The notes under the pieces were generated by a model. It did not search any database and was not told the DNA's origin. It worked only from the letters and a program-made list of their open reading frames with translations. Shown piece after piece: positions 18,255 to 29,876 of a stretch of DNA of 31,056 nt (positions are counted from its first letter, which is position 1; the number at the start of each line of letters is the position of its first letter). Position numbers and translations under genes: made by a program. The stretch comes from Escherichia coli (GTDB lineage: Bacteria > Pseudomonadota > Gammaproteobacteria > Enterobacterales > Enterobacteriaceae), in NCBI RefSeq assembly GCF_003334335.1, contig NZ_QOWQ01000047.1, one strand, 5' to 3'.

Positions 18255-19712
18255 ATGAAAACACCCTCACAGCCGCGCGCGATATACTATATCGTGGCGA
18301 TCCAAATCTGGGAGTACTTCAGTTTTTACGGCATGCGTGCCTTACTCATTCTCTATCTCACCCATCAGCTTGGTTTTGATGATAACCATGCCATCAGCCT
18401 GTTCAGCGCATATGCTTCTCTGGTTTACGTTACCCCTATTCTCGGCGGCTGGCTTGCCGACCGCCTGCTCGGCAACCGCACTGCAGTGATTGCCGGCGCG
18501 CTGTTAATGACCCTTGGCCATGTGGTGCTGGGTATTGATACAAATTCAACCTTTAGCCTGTATCTGGCGCTGGCAATCATTATTTGTGGCTACGGTTTAT
18601 TCAAATCAAACATCAGCTGTTTGCTTGGCGAGCTCTACGACGAGAACGATCATCGACGTGATGGCGGTTTTTCGCTGCTGTATGCTGCGGGCAATATCGG
18701 TTCTATCGCAGCCCCAATCGCCTGCGGCCTGGCTGCTCAGTGGTATGGATGGCATGTTGGCTTTGCCCTTGCGGGTGGCGGCATGTTTATCGGTTTGTTG
18801 ATTTTCTTAAGCGGTCATCGTCATTTCCAGTCCACACGTAGTATGGATAAAAAAGCGCTCACTAGTGTCAAATTTGCCTTACCAGTATGGAGCTGGTTAG
18901 TGGTGATGCTCTGTTTAGCCCCAGTATTTTTTACTCTGCTGCTGGAGAACGACTGGTCCGGATATTTGCTGGCGATCGTTTGCCTCATTGCCGCACAAAT
19001 CATTGCCCGCATGATGATCAAATTCCCCGAACATCGCCGTGCTCTTTGGCAAATTGTATTGTTGATGTTTGTCGGGACATTGTTCTGGGTACTGGCACAA
19101 CAGGGCGGCAGTACCATCAGCTTGTTTATCGATCGCTTTGTGAATCGTCAGGCATTCAATATTGAAGTACCTACAGCACTATTCCAGTCGGTGAATGCAA
19201 TTGCGGTGATGCTCGCTGGGGTTGTACTGGCCTGGCTGGCGTCGCCAGAAAGCCGCGGCAACTCAACATTGCGCGTCTGGCTGAAGTTTGCCTTTGGCTT
19301 ACTGCTGATGGCTTGTGGCTTTATGTTGTTGGCATTTGATGCCCGACATGCAGCGGCTGACGGTCAAGCGTCAATGGGCGTGATGATATCCGGGCTGGCG
19401 CTAATGGGCTTTGCCGAACTCTTTATTGACCCGGTGGCGATTGCGCAAATCACGCGTCTGAAAATGTCTGGCGTATTAACCGGGATTTATATGCTGGCAA
19501 CAGGCGCGGTCGCCAACTGGCTGGCAGGCGTCGTGGCACAGCAGACGACAGAGTCGCAAATTAGCGGTATGGCAATTGCAGCTTACCAGCGATTCTTTTC
19601 TCAGATGGGAGAGTGGACGTTGGCTTGTGTCGCGATCATCGTCGTATTGGCCTTTGCTACCCGTTTTCTGTTTAGCACGCCGACGAATATGATACAGGAG
19701 AGCAACGATTAA
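18255..19712 (+). CDS. dtpC: DtpC (YjdL), proton-dependent di/tripeptide transporter (POT family)
   Basis: 485-aa membrane protein ([36 protein letters not shown]...) between cadA and lysU. Confidence 0.88.
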   Translation: MKTPSQPRAIYYIVAIQIWEYFSFYGMRALLILYLTHQLGFDDNHAISLFSAYASLVYVTPILGGWLADRLLGNRTAVIAGALLMTLGHVVLGIDTNSTFSLYLALAIIICGYGLFKSNISCLLGELYDENDHRRDGGFSLLYAAGNIGSIAAPIACGLAAQWYGWHVGFALAGGGMFIGLLIFLSGHRHFQSTRSMDKKALTSVKFALPVWSWLVVMLCLAPVFFTLLLENDWSGYLLAIVCLIAAQIIARMMIKFPEHRRALWQIVLLMFVGTLFWVLAQQGGSTISLFIDRFVNRQAFNIEVPTALFQSVNAIAVMLAGVVLAWLASPESRGNSTLRVWLKFAFGLLLMACGFMLLAFDARHAAADGQASMGVMISGLALMGFAELFIDPVAIAQITRLKMSGVLTGIYMLATGAVANWLAGVVAQQTTESQISGMAIAAYQRFFSQMGEWTLACVAIIVVLAFATRFLFSTPTNMIQESND

Positions 19713-19948
19713 CTGTCGTAAAAACAATTGGTTATGAATAAATTAACTTTCAGTTTATAACACTAACAAATCGAGATTAATAAGTCATTTAAACCATTTT
19801 GATGGTTATTTATTAGTGATATCAACTTGAGGTAAGCGTTAGTTTCGATAAGATAAACTGAGTTACTAATAGTCGAGGCAGATAATACAGTGTACCGATC
19901 TGTCTCTTTATCTACGCTAAATTGAAAGCTGGATTTAGAGGAACCAAA

Positions 19949-21466
19949 ATGTCTGAACAAGAAACACGGGGAGCCAATGAGGCTATTGATTTTAACGATG
20001 AACTGAGAAATCGCCGCGAAAAACTGGCGGCACTACGTCAGCAAGGTGTGGCGTTTCCCAATGATTTTCGCCGCGACCATACCTCTGACCAGTTGCACGA
20101 AGAGTTTGATGCGAAGGATAACCAGGAACTGGAATCCTTAAACATTGAAGTCTCGGTTGCTGGCCGAATGATGACCCGTCGTATCATGGGGAAAGCCTCC
20201 TTTGTAACGTTGCAGGATGTCGGTGGCCGTATTCAACTGTACGTTGCAAGAGATAGCCTGCCAGAAGGTGTTTATAACGATCAGTTTAAAAAATGGGATC
20301 TGGGTGACATTATCGGTGCCCGCGGTACGCTGTTTAAGACGCAAACGGGTGAGCTTTCCATTCACTGTACTGAGCTGCGCCTGCTGACTAAAGCACTACG
20401 TCCTTTACCAGATAAATTCCATGGTCTGCAGGATCAGGAAGTCCGTTATCGTCAACGTTATCTGGACCTCATCGCTAACGATAAATCCCGTCAAACGTTT
20501 GTTGTCCGTTCAAAAATTCTGGCCGCTATCCGTCAATTCATGGTCGCGCGCGGCTTTATGGAAGTAGAAACCCCGATGATGCAGGTAATTCCAGGTGGGG
20601 CATCTGCTCGCCCGTTTATTACCCATCATAATGCTCTGGATTTAGATATGTATCTGCGTATCGCGCCGGAGCTGTATCTGAAACGTCTGGTTGTAGGCGG
20701 TTTTGAACGGGTATTCGAAATCAACCGTAACTTCCGTAATGAAGGTATTTCTGTTCGCCATAATCCTGAGTTCACAATGATGGAACTCTACATGGCGTAT
20801 GCGGATTACCACGATTTGATTGAACTGACAGAGTCACTGTTCCGCACCCTGGCACAAGAGGTTCTGGGTACCACTAAAGTCACTTATGGCGAGCATGTGT
20901 TTGATTTCGGCAAACCGTTTGAAAAACTCACCATGCGCGAAGCAATCAAAAAATATCGTCCAGAAACCGATATGGCCGACCTGGATAATTTTGATGCTGC
21001 TAAAGCATTAGCTGAATCTATCGGTATTACGGTAGAGAAAAGCTGGGGGTTGGGACGTATTGTCACAGAGATCTTTGATGAAGTGGCAGAAGCACATCTG
21101 ATTCAGCCAACCTTTATTACGGAATATCCGGCAGAAGTGTCCCCGCTGGCACGCCGTAATGATGTTAACCCGGAAATCACCGACCGTTTTGAATTCTTCA
21201 TCGGTGGTCGTGAAATCGGTAATGGTTTTAGCGAATTAAACGACGCAGAAGATCAGGCTGAACGTTTCCAGGAACAGGTTAATGCTAAAGCTGCAGGTGA
21301 CGACGAAGCCATGTTCTATGACGAAGATTACGTGACTGCGCTGGAATATGGTCTGCCGCCAACCGCTGGTCTGGGTATTGGTATCGACCGAATGATTATG
21401 CTGTTTACTAACAGCCATACTATTCGCGACGTTATTCTCTTCCCGGCGATGCGCCCACAGAAATAA
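19949..21466 (+). CDS. lysU: LysU, lysine--tRNA ligase (heat-inducible isoform)
   Basis: Class II lysyl-tRNA synthetase sequence starting [33 protein letters not shown]...; the track ORF starts 27 nt earlier at 19922. Assigned as lysU rather than lysS by synteny with cadA and dtpC. Confidence 0.9.
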
Positions 21467-21479
21467 ATTTCACTTTAAT

Positions 21480-21509
21480 GAACGAAGCAGTCAGGCGACT
21501 GCTTCGTTC
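21480..21509. terminator. Hairpin between convergent lysU and ghoT; possible bidirectional terminator
   Basis: 13-bp perfect stem GAACGAAGCAGTC / GACTGCTTCGTTC with a 4-nt loop. T-tracts on both sides are weak. Confidence 0.45.
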
Positions 21510-21584
21510 ATCGTTCCGCAAATCCAGTTTTGAGGAGAGACGCTTCGTTTCACGATAACCAGCGGGTCCACTCAACTACAGCTC

Positions 21585-21758
21585 CTAAAAGAGAGAAAAA
21601 AGTAATGCCACAGGCAGACTCATTGGCCAGGTTATTCCGACCAGGAATGCACTAAGTAAACGAATATGTGTTTTCTCATGTGAGATAAACCAGATAATGA
21701 CAAAGGATATGTTCACACCAATCACATAAAAAATTAATATTTTAGAGAATAGTGCCAT
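21585..21758 (-). CDS. ghoT: GhoT, small membrane toxin of the type V GhoT/GhoS toxin-antitoxin pair (57 aa; below the ORF-track length cutoff)
   Basis: Hand translation of the minus strand gives MALFSKILIFYVIGVNISFVIIWFISHEKTHIRLLSAFLVGITWPMSLPVALLFSLF-stop, 27 bp downstream of ghoS. Confidence 0.8.
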   Translation of the reverse strand: MALFSKILIFYVIGVNISFVIIWFISHEKTHIRLLSAFLVGITWPMSLPVALLFSLF

Positions 21759-21785
21759 TTTTTATGTTCTTCTTATCCTTCCTGG

Positions 21786-22082
21786 CTACTTGTAAAACTG
21801 ACGGAAATAGTCATCAACTGTCATAATGTTGAGGTCAAAATCAATATCCGGTAAGTCTAAGCATTTGAGCCTGATTAAATCTTCGATTTCACTTGCGGCT
21901 AACGATGTCGTTATTGCGAAGGAGTTTTCATTCAATTGTCGTGGTATCCCATATTCATCAGCCACGATAGAGGAGAAATTCATATCATACATCAATGATC
22001 TTAATCTTAAGAACACTGAGGAATAAGATGATGGATAATCAAAAGAAACAACATAAGTATTGAACTTGTTTTTACCTTCCAT
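21786..22082 (-). CDS. ghoS: GhoS, type V antitoxin (endoribonuclease)
   Basis: 98-aa ORF (MEGKNKFNTYVVSFDYPSSYSSVFLRLRSLMYDMNF...) in K-12 synteny next to lysU and yjdJ. Confidence 0.85.
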   Translation of the reverse strand: MEGKNKFNTYVVSFDYPSSYSSVFLRLRSLMYDMNFSSIVADEYGIPRQLNENSFAITTSLAASEIEDLIRLKCLDLPDIDFDLNIMTVDDYFRQFYK

Positions 22083-22308
22083 AATATGACTCCTATCAAT
22101 ATTAAACGCTCTGGGGACGCAAAACTTATTAACCCCGATTGATGATTCTCATATAGGAGATATTCTTTTTTTTGCTCAGTAAAGGGGATGACTTGGGACA
22201 AAAAAACGCGCTCTCTGCCCATTCTTTGTGCATCCCCCTACCCTTCAGATGCTCTCCTGCATCACATCGCGGAGAGAATGAAAAATATCGTGACTCTGTA
22301 CTCTCCCA

Positions 22309-22581
22309 TCAACTGCGAATATCATCATACTCCCGCGTTTTATCAAATTCATGTTTCGCAAATGGGCATAATGGGATAATTTTTCGTTTTTCCCGACGCA
22401 TTTTTTCCACGACTTTCGCAACCAGCTGTTTACCAATCCCTTGCCCTTTCAGGCTTTCATCGACATCGGTATGTTCGATAATCGCTAAATTCTCTCCGGT
22501 CGGCACAAAGACAATTTCAGCGATTTGCTTGCCTTGTTTGTCATTAATGTAAAATTTATTGTGGCCTTCGCGTATTTCCAT
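22309..22581 (-). CDS. yjdJ: YjdJ, GNAT-family N-acetyltransferase-like protein
   Basis: 90-aa ORF in the expected position; assigned by synteny and recall. Confidence 0.75.
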
Positions 22582-22592
22582 TTTACCCTCGC

Positions 22593-22823
22593 TTATTTAT
22601 GACGGTATTTCAGCGCGCCGCTCGGGCACGTATCAATCACTTTAACCACAGTGGCGACGTCGACTTCATCCGGCATGATCCACGGCTTTCGTTTGAGATT
22701 AAATAACTTGCCGTTGCCACGTACGCAATTGCCAGAATGCTGACATATCGCAGTGTTGAAATAGACATCGAGCTTTTCGCCGGTATAACAGCGATAACCC
22801 CCGTCCAGTAGCGCCTGATCCAT
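22593..22823 (-). CDS. yjdI: YjdI, small Cys-containing protein (DUF1271-like)
   Basis: 76-aa ORF ([41 protein letters not shown]...) 11 bp upstream of yjdJ on the same strand. Confidence 0.75.
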
Positions 22824-23003
22824 GACCTTCCCTCTCTCATCAGTATGATTATCGCTATAAGCATAGCCCCGGAATCTTCATACAGCACTGGCAGTTTCCG
22901 TTGCCAGAGTCTCTTCCCCTATATAGCCAATCATTCTTACTCCCTTTGAATTACCCGCCTCATCAGAGATAATGCTTAAGAAATTTGTCACACAAGGAAG
23001 CTG

Positions 23004-24635
23004 ATGAGACATTCATTGCCCTACCGCATGTTACGCAAACGTCCGATGAAATTGAGTACCACAGTGATCTTAATGGTCAGTGCGGTACTGTTCTCGGTGC
23101 TATTGGTGGTGCATCTGATTTACTTCTCGCAAATCAGTGATATGACGCGAGATGGGCTAGCCAACAAGGCACTGGCAGTGGCGCGTACCCTCGCCGACTC
23201 GCCGGAAATCCGTCAGGGCTTGCAGAAAAAACCGCAGGAGAGTGGCATCCAGGCCATCGCGGAAGCCGTACGCAAACGCAACGATCTGCTGTTTATTGTC
23301 GTTACCGATATGCAAAGTCTTCGCTACTCGCATCCTGAAGCCCAGCGTATTGGTCAGCCATTTAAAGGTGATGACATCCTTAAAGCGCTGAATGGCGAAG
23401 AAAATGTCGCTATCAATCGCGGTTTTCTGGCGCAGGCTTTACGCGTATTTACCCCCATCTACGATGAAAATCATAAACAAATTGGCGTGGTGGCGATCGG
23501 CCTTGAGTTAAGCCGTGTGACCCAACAGATCAATGACAGTCGCTGGAGCATTATCTGGTCGGTATTATTTGGCATGCTGGTCGGACTGATTGGCACCTGC
23601 ATTCTGGTTAAGGTACTGAAAAAAATCCTTTTCGGCCTGGAACCCTACGAAATCTCCACGCTGTTTGAGCAACGCCAGGCCATGTTGCAGTCTATCAAAG
23701 AAGGCGTCGTTGCCGTGGACGATCGCGGCGAGGTCACGCTGATCAACGATGCCGCACAAGAATTGCTGAATTACCGTAAGTCGCAGGACGATGAGAAACT
23801 GTCGACGCTAAGCCACTCATGGTCACAGGTGGTAGATGTCTCGGAAGTGTTACGCGACGGTACCCCGCGCCGCGACGAAGAGATTACGATTAAAGACCGG
23901 CTATTACTGATCAACACCGTTCCGGTGCGCAGTAATGGCGTTATCATCGGTGCCATTTCAACCTTCAGGGACAAAACTGAAGTACGTAAACTGATGCAGC
24001 GACTCGACGGTCTGGTCAACTATGCTGACGCACTTCGTGAACGATCCCACGAATTTATGAATAAATTGCATGTGATTCTCGGATTATTGCATCTGAAGAG
24101 TTATAAGCAGTTGGAAGATTACATTCTCAAAACAGCCAATAACTATCAGGAAGAGATTGGCTCTCTGCTGGGTAAGATCAAATCTCCGGTTATCGCTGGT
24201 TTTTTAATCAGCAAGATTAACCGCGCGACCGATTTAGGCCATACGCTGATTTTAAACAGTGAAAGCCAGCTGCCAGACAGCGGCAGTGAGGACCAGGTCG
24301 CGACGCTGATTACCACGTTGGGAAATCTGATAGAAAACGCGCTGGAGGCATTAGGGCCGGAACCCGGAGGCGAAATTAGCGTAACATTGCACTACCGTCA
24401 CGGCTGGCTGCACTGTGAAGTTAATGATGATGGACCGGGGATCGCACCCGATAAAATCGATCACATTTTTGACAAAGGTGTCTCGACAAAAGGAAGCGAG
24501 CGAGGCGTCGGTTTAGCACTTGTCAAACAACAGGTAGAAAATCTCGGCGGCAGCATCGCCGTGGAATCGGAACCCGGGATTTTCACACAATTTTTTGTCC
24601 AGATACCCTGGGACGGGGAGAGGTCGAACAGATGA
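23004..24635 (+). CDS. dcuS: DcuS, C4-dicarboxylate sensor histidine kinase
   Basis: 543-aa ORF with an N-terminal transmembrane segment and a C-terminal HATPase region (...DDGPGIAPDKIDHIFDKGVSTKGSERGVGLALVKQ...); overlaps dcuR by 4 bp. Confidence 0.9.
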   Translation: MRHSLPYRMLRKRPMKLSTTVILMVSAVLFSVLLVVHLIYFSQISDMTRDGLANKALAVARTLADSPEIRQGLQKKPQESGIQAIAEAVRKRNDLLFIVVTDMQSLRYSHPEAQRIGQPFKGDDILKALNGEENVAINRGFLAQALRVFTPIYDENHKQIGVVAIGLELSRVTQQINDSRWSIIWSVLFGMLVGLIGTCILVKVLKKILFGLEPYEISTLFEQRQAMLQSIKEGVVAVDDRGEVTLINDAAQELLNYRKSQDDEKLSTLSHSWSQVVDVSEVLRDGTPRRDEEITIKDRLLLINTVPVRSNGVIIGAISTFRDKTEVRKLMQRLDGLVNYADALRERSHEFMNKLHVILGLLHLKSYKQLEDYILKTANNYQEEIGSLLGKIKSPVIAGFLISKINRATDLGHTLILNSESQLPDSGSEDQVATLITTLGNLIENALEALGPEPGGEISVTLHYRHGWLHCEVNDDGPGIAPDKIDHIFDKGVSTKGSERGVGLALVKQQVENLGGSIAVESEPGIFTQFFVQIPWDGERSNR

Positions 24636-25351
24636 TCAATGTATTAATTATCGATGACGACGCAATGGTCGCGGAGCTGAATCGCCGATACGTAGCACAA
24701 ATCCTAGGCTTTCAATGCTGTGGAACAGCCTCGACGCTGGAGAAAGCCAAAGAGATTATCTTCAATAGCGATACGCCTATCGACCTGATATTGCTCGATA
24801 TCTATATGCAAAAAGAGAACGGGCTCGATTTACTGCCTGTCCTGCATAACGCGCGTTGCAAAAGTGATGTGATTGTCATCTCCTCCGCAGCCGATGCGGC
24901 AACCATTAAAGATTCGCTGCATTACGGTGTCGTGGATTACCTGATCAAACCCTTCCAGGCTTCCCGCTTTGAAGAGGCGCTCACCGGCTGGCGGCAAAAG
25001 AAAATGGCGCTGGAAAAACATCAGTATTATGACCAGGCCGAGCTTGATCAGCTAATCCACGGCAGCAGCTCCAACGAACAGGATCCTCGTCGCTTGCCAA
25101 AAGGCTTAACGCCGCAGACGTTACGCACACTGTGCCAGTGGATTGACGCGCATCAGGACTATGAATTTTCAACCGACGAGCTAGCCAACGAGGTTAACAT
25201 TTCGCGTGTTTCCTGCCGTAAATACCTCATCTGGCTGGTCAACTGCCACATCTTGTTCACCAGTATCCATTATGGCGTCACGGGGCGTCCAGTTTACCGT
25301 TACCGTATTCAGGCAGAACACTACTCACTACTGAAACAATATTGCCAATAA
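24632..25351 (+). CDS. dcuR: DcuR, response regulator partner of DcuS
   Basis: 239-aa ORF with a receiver domain (MINVLIIDDDAMVAELNRRYV...LLDIYMQ...) translationally coupled to dcuS through an ATGA overlap. Confidence 0.9.
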   Translation: MINVLIIDDDAMVAELNRRYVAQILGFQCCGTASTLEKAKEIIFNSDTPIDLILLDIYMQKENGLDLLPVLHNARCKSDVIVISSAADAATIKDSLHYGVVDYLIKPFQASRFEEALTGWRQKKMALEKHQYYDQAELDQLIHGSSSNEQDPRRLPKGLTPQTLRTLCQWIDAHQDYEFSTDELANEVNISRVSCRKYLIWLVNCHILFTSIHYGVTGRPVYRYRIQAEHYSLLKQYCQ

Positions 25352-25921
25352 CGGATCGCTGGTTATCTGTAAGTAATAATTATTACCGTAATGCAAAATA
25401 CCCCTGGCACAAGTTACATCCTTCATCAGTAAAACTTGTGCCAGATCAAATATAATTATCCCTCCATCATCGCTAAAAATTAATATCTCTTCAGGTGAAC
25501 GGTGTTTTTAATTTCAAAACGCTAACAAAAGTTAATTAACTATTATGTCACCCGCATTATGTGTATTTTTACCCACAAATGGGTAGATCAGATTAATCTA
25601 TAAACCTAATGACATCTGCCCTGAGAACAAAAAATAGACCGATAAATATCAATAAGATAACAGCAAACAAAACATTAACATCTGCGCAGTACAAACTATA
25701 AACCCATCGCCAGAGAGTCTTTCTCTCTGAAAAAGCCGCTTATCACAGTGCATAAATTTGCCGCTGCTTTAATCAGCCAATATTCACTGTGAGGTATTTG
25801 CTAAAGCCGGTAACGACCAAACGGATATTTAGTCAGGCTCTGAAAACAGTTCATACAAAACAGAACGTGACTGTGATCTATTCAGCAAAAATTTAAATAG
25901 GATTATCGCGAGGGTTCACAC
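25352..25921 (+). promoter_or_regulatory. Long AT-rich dcuB upstream region (expected DcuR/FNR/CRP-regulated promoter)
   Basis: 570-bp AT-rich intergenic stretch. Regulation is from established knowledge of dcuB; individual sites were not confidently located. Confidence 0.4.
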
Positions 25922-27262
25922 ATGTTATTTACTATCCAACTTATCATAATACTGATATGTCTGTTTTATGGTGCCAGAAAGGGTGGTATCGCGCTGGGTT
26001 TATTAGGCGGTATCGGTCTGGTCATTCTGGTCTTCGTCTTCCACCTTCAGCCAGGTAAACCACCAGTTGATGTCATGCTGGTTATCATTGCGGTGGTGGC
26101 GGCATCGGCGACCTTGCAAGCTTCGGGCGGTCTTGATGTCATGCTGCAAATTGCCGAGAAGCTGCTGCGCCGCAACCCGAAATATGTCTCAATTGTCGCG
26201 CCGTTTGTGACCTGTACACTGACCATTCTTTGCGGTACGGGTCATGTGGTTTACACCATTCTGCCGATCATCTACGACGTCGCCATTAAGAACAACATCC
26301 GTCCGGAACGTCCGATGGCGGCAAGTTCTATCGGTGCACAGATGGGGATTATCGCCAGTCCGGTGTCGGTTGCGGTCGTGTCTCTGGTTGCGATGCTGGG
26401 TAATGTCACCTTTGATGGTCGCCATCTTGAGTTCCTCGATCTGCTGGCAATCACCATTCCATCGACGTTAATCGGTATCCTGGCGATCGGTATCTTCAGC
26501 TGGTTCCGCGGTAAAGATCTGGATAAAGACGAAGAGTTCCAGAAATTCATCTCCGTACCGGAAAACCGTGAGTATGTTTACGGTGATACCGCGACGCTGC
26601 TGGATAAAAAACTGCCGAAAAGCAACTGGCTGGCAATGTGGATTTTCCTCGGGGCAATCGCTGTAGTCGCCCTTCTTGGTGCTGATTCGGACCTGCGTCC
26701 ATCCTTCGGCGGCAAACCGCTGTCGATGGTACTGGTTATTCAGATGTTTATGCTGCTGACCGGGGCGCTGATTATTATCCTGACCAAAACCAATCCCGCG
26801 TCTATCTCAAAAAACGAAGTCTTCCGTTCCGGTATGATCGCCATCGTGGCGGTGTACGGTATCGCATGGATGGCAGAAACCATGTTCGGTGCGCATATGT
26901 CTGAAATTCAGGGCGTACTGGGTGAAATGGTGAAAGAGTATCCGTGGGCCTATGCCATTGTTCTGCTGCTGGTTTCCAAGTTTGTAAACTCTCAGGCTGC
27001 GGCGCTGGCGGCGATTGTTCCGGTCGCGCTGGCGATCGGCGTTGATCCGGCATACATCGTGGCTTCAGCACCGGCTTGCTACGGTTATTACATCCTGCCG
27101 ACTTATCCGAGCGATCTGGCAGCGATTCAGTTTGACCGTTCCGGCACCACCCACATCGGTCGCTTCGTCATCAACCACAGCTTTATTCTGCCGGGGTTGA
27201 TTGGTGTGAGCGTATCGTGCGTCTTCGGCTGGATCTTCGCCGCGATGTACGGGTTCTTATAA
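25922..27262 (+). CDS. dcuB: DcuB, anaerobic C4-dicarboxylate transporter
   Basis: 446-aa polytopic membrane protein between dcuR and fumB. Confidence 0.9.
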
Positions 27263-27271
27263 ATGCACTTT

Positions 27272-27306
27272 GCGTGCCGCCCGTGACTACGCGGCACGCC
27301 ATTTTC
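27272..27306 (+). terminator. Hairpin after dcuB
   Basis: GCGTGCCGC ... GCGGCACGC 9-bp GC-rich inverted repeat with a 10-nt loop, followed by CATTTTCG. Confidence 0.45.
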
Positions 27307-27339
27307 GAATAACAAATACAGAGTTACAGGCTGGAAGCT

Positions 27340-28986
27340 ATGTCAAACAAACCCTTTATCTACCAGGCACCTTTCCCGATGGGGAAAGACAATACCGAAT
27401 ACTATCTACTCACTTCCGATTACGTTAGCGTTGCCGACTTCGACGGCGAAACCATCCTGAAAGTGGAACCAGAAGCCCTGACCCTGCTGGCGCAGCAAGC
27501 CTTTCACGACGCTTCTTTTATGCTCCGCCCGGCACACCAGAAACAGGTTGCGGCTATTCTTCACGATCCAGAAGCCAGCGAAAACGACAAGTACGTGGCG
27601 CTGCAATTCTTAAGAAACTCCGAAATCGCCGCCAAAGGCGTGCTGCCGACCTGCCAGGATACCGGCACCGCGATCATCGTCGGTAAAAAAGGCCAGCGCG
27701 TGTGGACCGGCGGCGGTGATGAAGAAACGCTGTCGAAAGGCGTCTATAACACCTATATCGAAGATAACCTGCGCTATTCACAGAATGCGGCGCTGGACAT
27801 GTACAAAGAAGTCAACACCGGCACTAACCTGCCTGCGCAAATCGACCTGTACGCGGTAGATGGCGATGAGTACAAATTCCTTTGCGTTGCGAAAGGCGGC
27901 GGCTCTGCCAACAAAACGTATCTCTACCAGGAAACCAAAGCCCTGCTGACTCCCGGCAAACTGAAAAACTTCCTCGTCGAGAAAATGCGTACCCTCGGTA
28001 CTGCAGCCTGCCCGCCGTACCATATCGCGTTTGTGATTGGCGGTACGTCTGCGGAAACCAACCTGAAAACCGTCAAGTTAGCAAGCGCTCACTATTACGA
28101 TGAACTGCCGACGGAAGGGAACGAACATGGTCAGGCGTTCCGCGATGTCCAGCTGGAACAGGAACTGCTGGAAGAGGCCCAGAAACTCGGTCTTGGCGCG
28201 CAGTTTGGCGGTAAATACTTCGCGCACGACATTCGCGTTATCCGTCTGCCACGTCACGGCGCATCCTGCCCGGTCGGCATGGGCGTCTCCTGCTCCGCTG
28301 ACCGTAACATTAAAGCGAAAATCAACCGCGAAGGTATCTGGATCGAAAAACTGGAACACAACCCAGGCCAGTACATTCCACAAGAACTGCGCCAGGCCGG
28401 TGAAGGCGAAGCGGTGAAAGTTGACCTTAACCGCCCGATGAAAGAGATCCTCGCCCAGCTTTCGCAATACCCGGTATCCACTCGTTTGTCGCTCACCGGC
28501 ACCATTATCGTGGGCCGAGATATTGCACACGCCAAGCTGAAAGAGCTGATTGACGCCGGTAAAGAACTTCCGCAGTACATCAAAGATCACCCGATCTACT
28601 ACGCGGGTCCGGCGAAAACCCCTGCCGGTTATCCATCAGGTTCACTTGGCCCAACCACCGCAGGCCGTATGGACTCCTACGTGGATCTGCTGCAATCCCA
28701 CGGCGGCAGCATGATCATGCTGGCGAAAGGTAACCGCAGTCAGCAGGTTACCGACGCGTGTCATAAACACGGCGGCTTCTACCTCGGTAGCATCGGCGGT
28801 CCGGCGGCGGTACTGGCGCAGCAGAGCATCAAGCATCTGGAGTGCGTCGCTTATCCGGAGCTGGGTATGGAAGCTATCTGGAAAATCGAAGTAGAAGATT
28901 TCCCGGCGTTTATCCTGGTCGATGACAAAGGTAACGACTTCTTCCAGCAAATCGTCAACAAACAGTGCGCGAACTGCACTAAGTAA
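27340..28986 (+). CDS. fumB: FumB, class I (Fe-S) fumarate hydratase, anaerobic isoform
   Basis: 548-aa ORF ([37 protein letters not shown]...); called fumB rather than fumA by synteny with dcuB. Confidence 0.92.
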   Translation: MSNKPFIYQAPFPMGKDNTEYYLLTSDYVSVADFDGETILKVEPEALTLLAQQAFHDASFMLRPAHQKQVAAILHDPEASENDKYVALQFLRNSEIAAKGVLPTCQDTGTAIIVGKKGQRVWTGGGDEETLSKGVYNTYIEDNLRYSQNAALDMYKEVNTGTNLPAQIDLYAVDGDEYKFLCVAKGGGSANKTYLYQETKALLTPGKLKNFLVEKMRTLGTAACPPYHIAFVIGGTSAETNLKTVKLASAHYYDELPTEGNEHGQAFRDVQLEQELLEEAQKLGLGAQFGGKYFAHDIRVIRLPRHGASCPVGMGVSCSADRNIKAKINREGIWIEKLEHNPGQYIPQELRQAGEGEAVKVDLNRPMKEILAQLSQYPVSTRLSLTGTIIVGRDIAHAKLKELIDAGKELPQYIKDHPIYYAGPAKTPAGYPSGSLGPTTAGRMDSYVDLLQSHGGSMIMLAKGNRSQQVTDACHKHGGFYLGSIGGPAAVLAQQSIKHLECVAYPELGMEAIWKIEVEDFPAFILVDDKGNDFFQQIVNKQCANCTK

Positions 28987-28993
28987 CCTCTTC

Positions 28994-29047
28994 GGCCCAG
29001 CGCCTGGCAGCATGCTGCCAGGTGATCCCCCTGGGCCACCTCTTTTG
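28994..29047 (+). terminator. Nested hairpins after fumB
   Basis: CCTGGCAGC-at-GCTGCCAGG (29003-29022) nested within GGCCCAG ... CTGGGCC, then CTCTTTTGCG. Confidence 0.45.
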
Positions 29048-29108
29048 CGATTGTAATTTCACGCTTGCTGGTGAATAGTCAGTATTTTCCCTGATTTGCG
29101 AACTCACC

Positions 29109-29738
29109 ATGACCCGCACACTCAAGCCGTTAATTCTTAACACCAGCGCACTGACGCTAACGTTAATCCTGATTTATACCGGCATTTCGGCCCATGACAA
29201 ACTCACCTGGCTGATGGAAGTGACACCGGTGATTATTGTCGTGCAGCTACTGCTTGCCACCGCCAGACGTTATCCGTTAACGCCGCTGCTCTATACGCTC
29301 ATTTTCCTTCACGCCATCATCCTGATGGTCGGCGGACAATACACCTACGCGAAAGTCCCCGTTGGTTTTGAGGTGCAGGAATGGCTGGGGTTGAGTCGTA
29401 ATCCGTATGACAAGCTGGGGCACTTTTTCCAGGGGCTGGTGCCTGCACTGGTGGCACGAGAAATTCTCGTTCGCGGGATGTACGTGCGCGGACGTAAAAT
29501 GGTGGCGTTCCTGGTCTGCTGCGTGGCGCTGGCGATAAGCGCGATGTATGAATTAATCGAGTGGTGGGCAGCGCTGGCAATGGGTCAGGGAGCGGATGAT
29601 TTTCTCGGCACCCAGGGCGACCAGTGGGACACGCAATCCGATATGTTCTGCGCGCTGCTTGGCGCATTAACGACGGTGATATTCCTCGCTCGCTTTCATT
29701 GCCGCCAGCTACGGCGCTTTGGCTTGATAACCGGATAA
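29109..29738 (+). CDS. yjdF: YjdF, inner-membrane protein of unknown function
   Basis: 209-aa hydrophobic ORF between fumB and melB. Confidence 0.82.
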   Translation: MTRTLKPLILNTSALTLTLILIYTGISAHDKLTWLMEVTPVIIVVQLLLATARRYPLTPLLYTLIFLHAIILMVGGQYTYAKVPVGFEVQEWLGLSRNPYDKLGHFFQGLVPALVAREILVRGMYVRGRKMVAFLVCCVALAISAMYELIEWWAALAMGQGADDFLGTQGDQWDTQSDMFCALLGALTTVIFLARFHCRQLRRFGLITG

Positions 29739-29757
29739 CAACTTGCGCTTTGTTGAT

Positions 29758-29793
29758 GCCGGATGCGGCGTGAATTCCTTATCCGGTCTACAA
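29758..29793. repeat. REP (repetitive extragenic palindromic) element
   Basis: GCCGGATGCGGCGTGAATTCCTTATCCGGTCTAC matches the canonical E. coli REP consensus; a second hairpin GGCCTGAT ... ATCAGGCC follows at 29827-29853. Confidence 0.55.
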
Positions 29794-29876
29794 AATTTGC
29801 AAATCCAAAGCATTACATTAAGACGTGGCCTGATAAACATATCGCATCAGGCCATTTTCGTTAGCTATTGTCCACG

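Noticed and set aside
22007-22552. Overlapping ORFs (22007-22222 minus, 22172-22552 plus, 22188-22379 plus, 22245-22436 minus) around ghoS and yjdJ
   Set aside because: They overlap each other and the better-supported ghoS and yjdJ frames, and none has a recognisable product.
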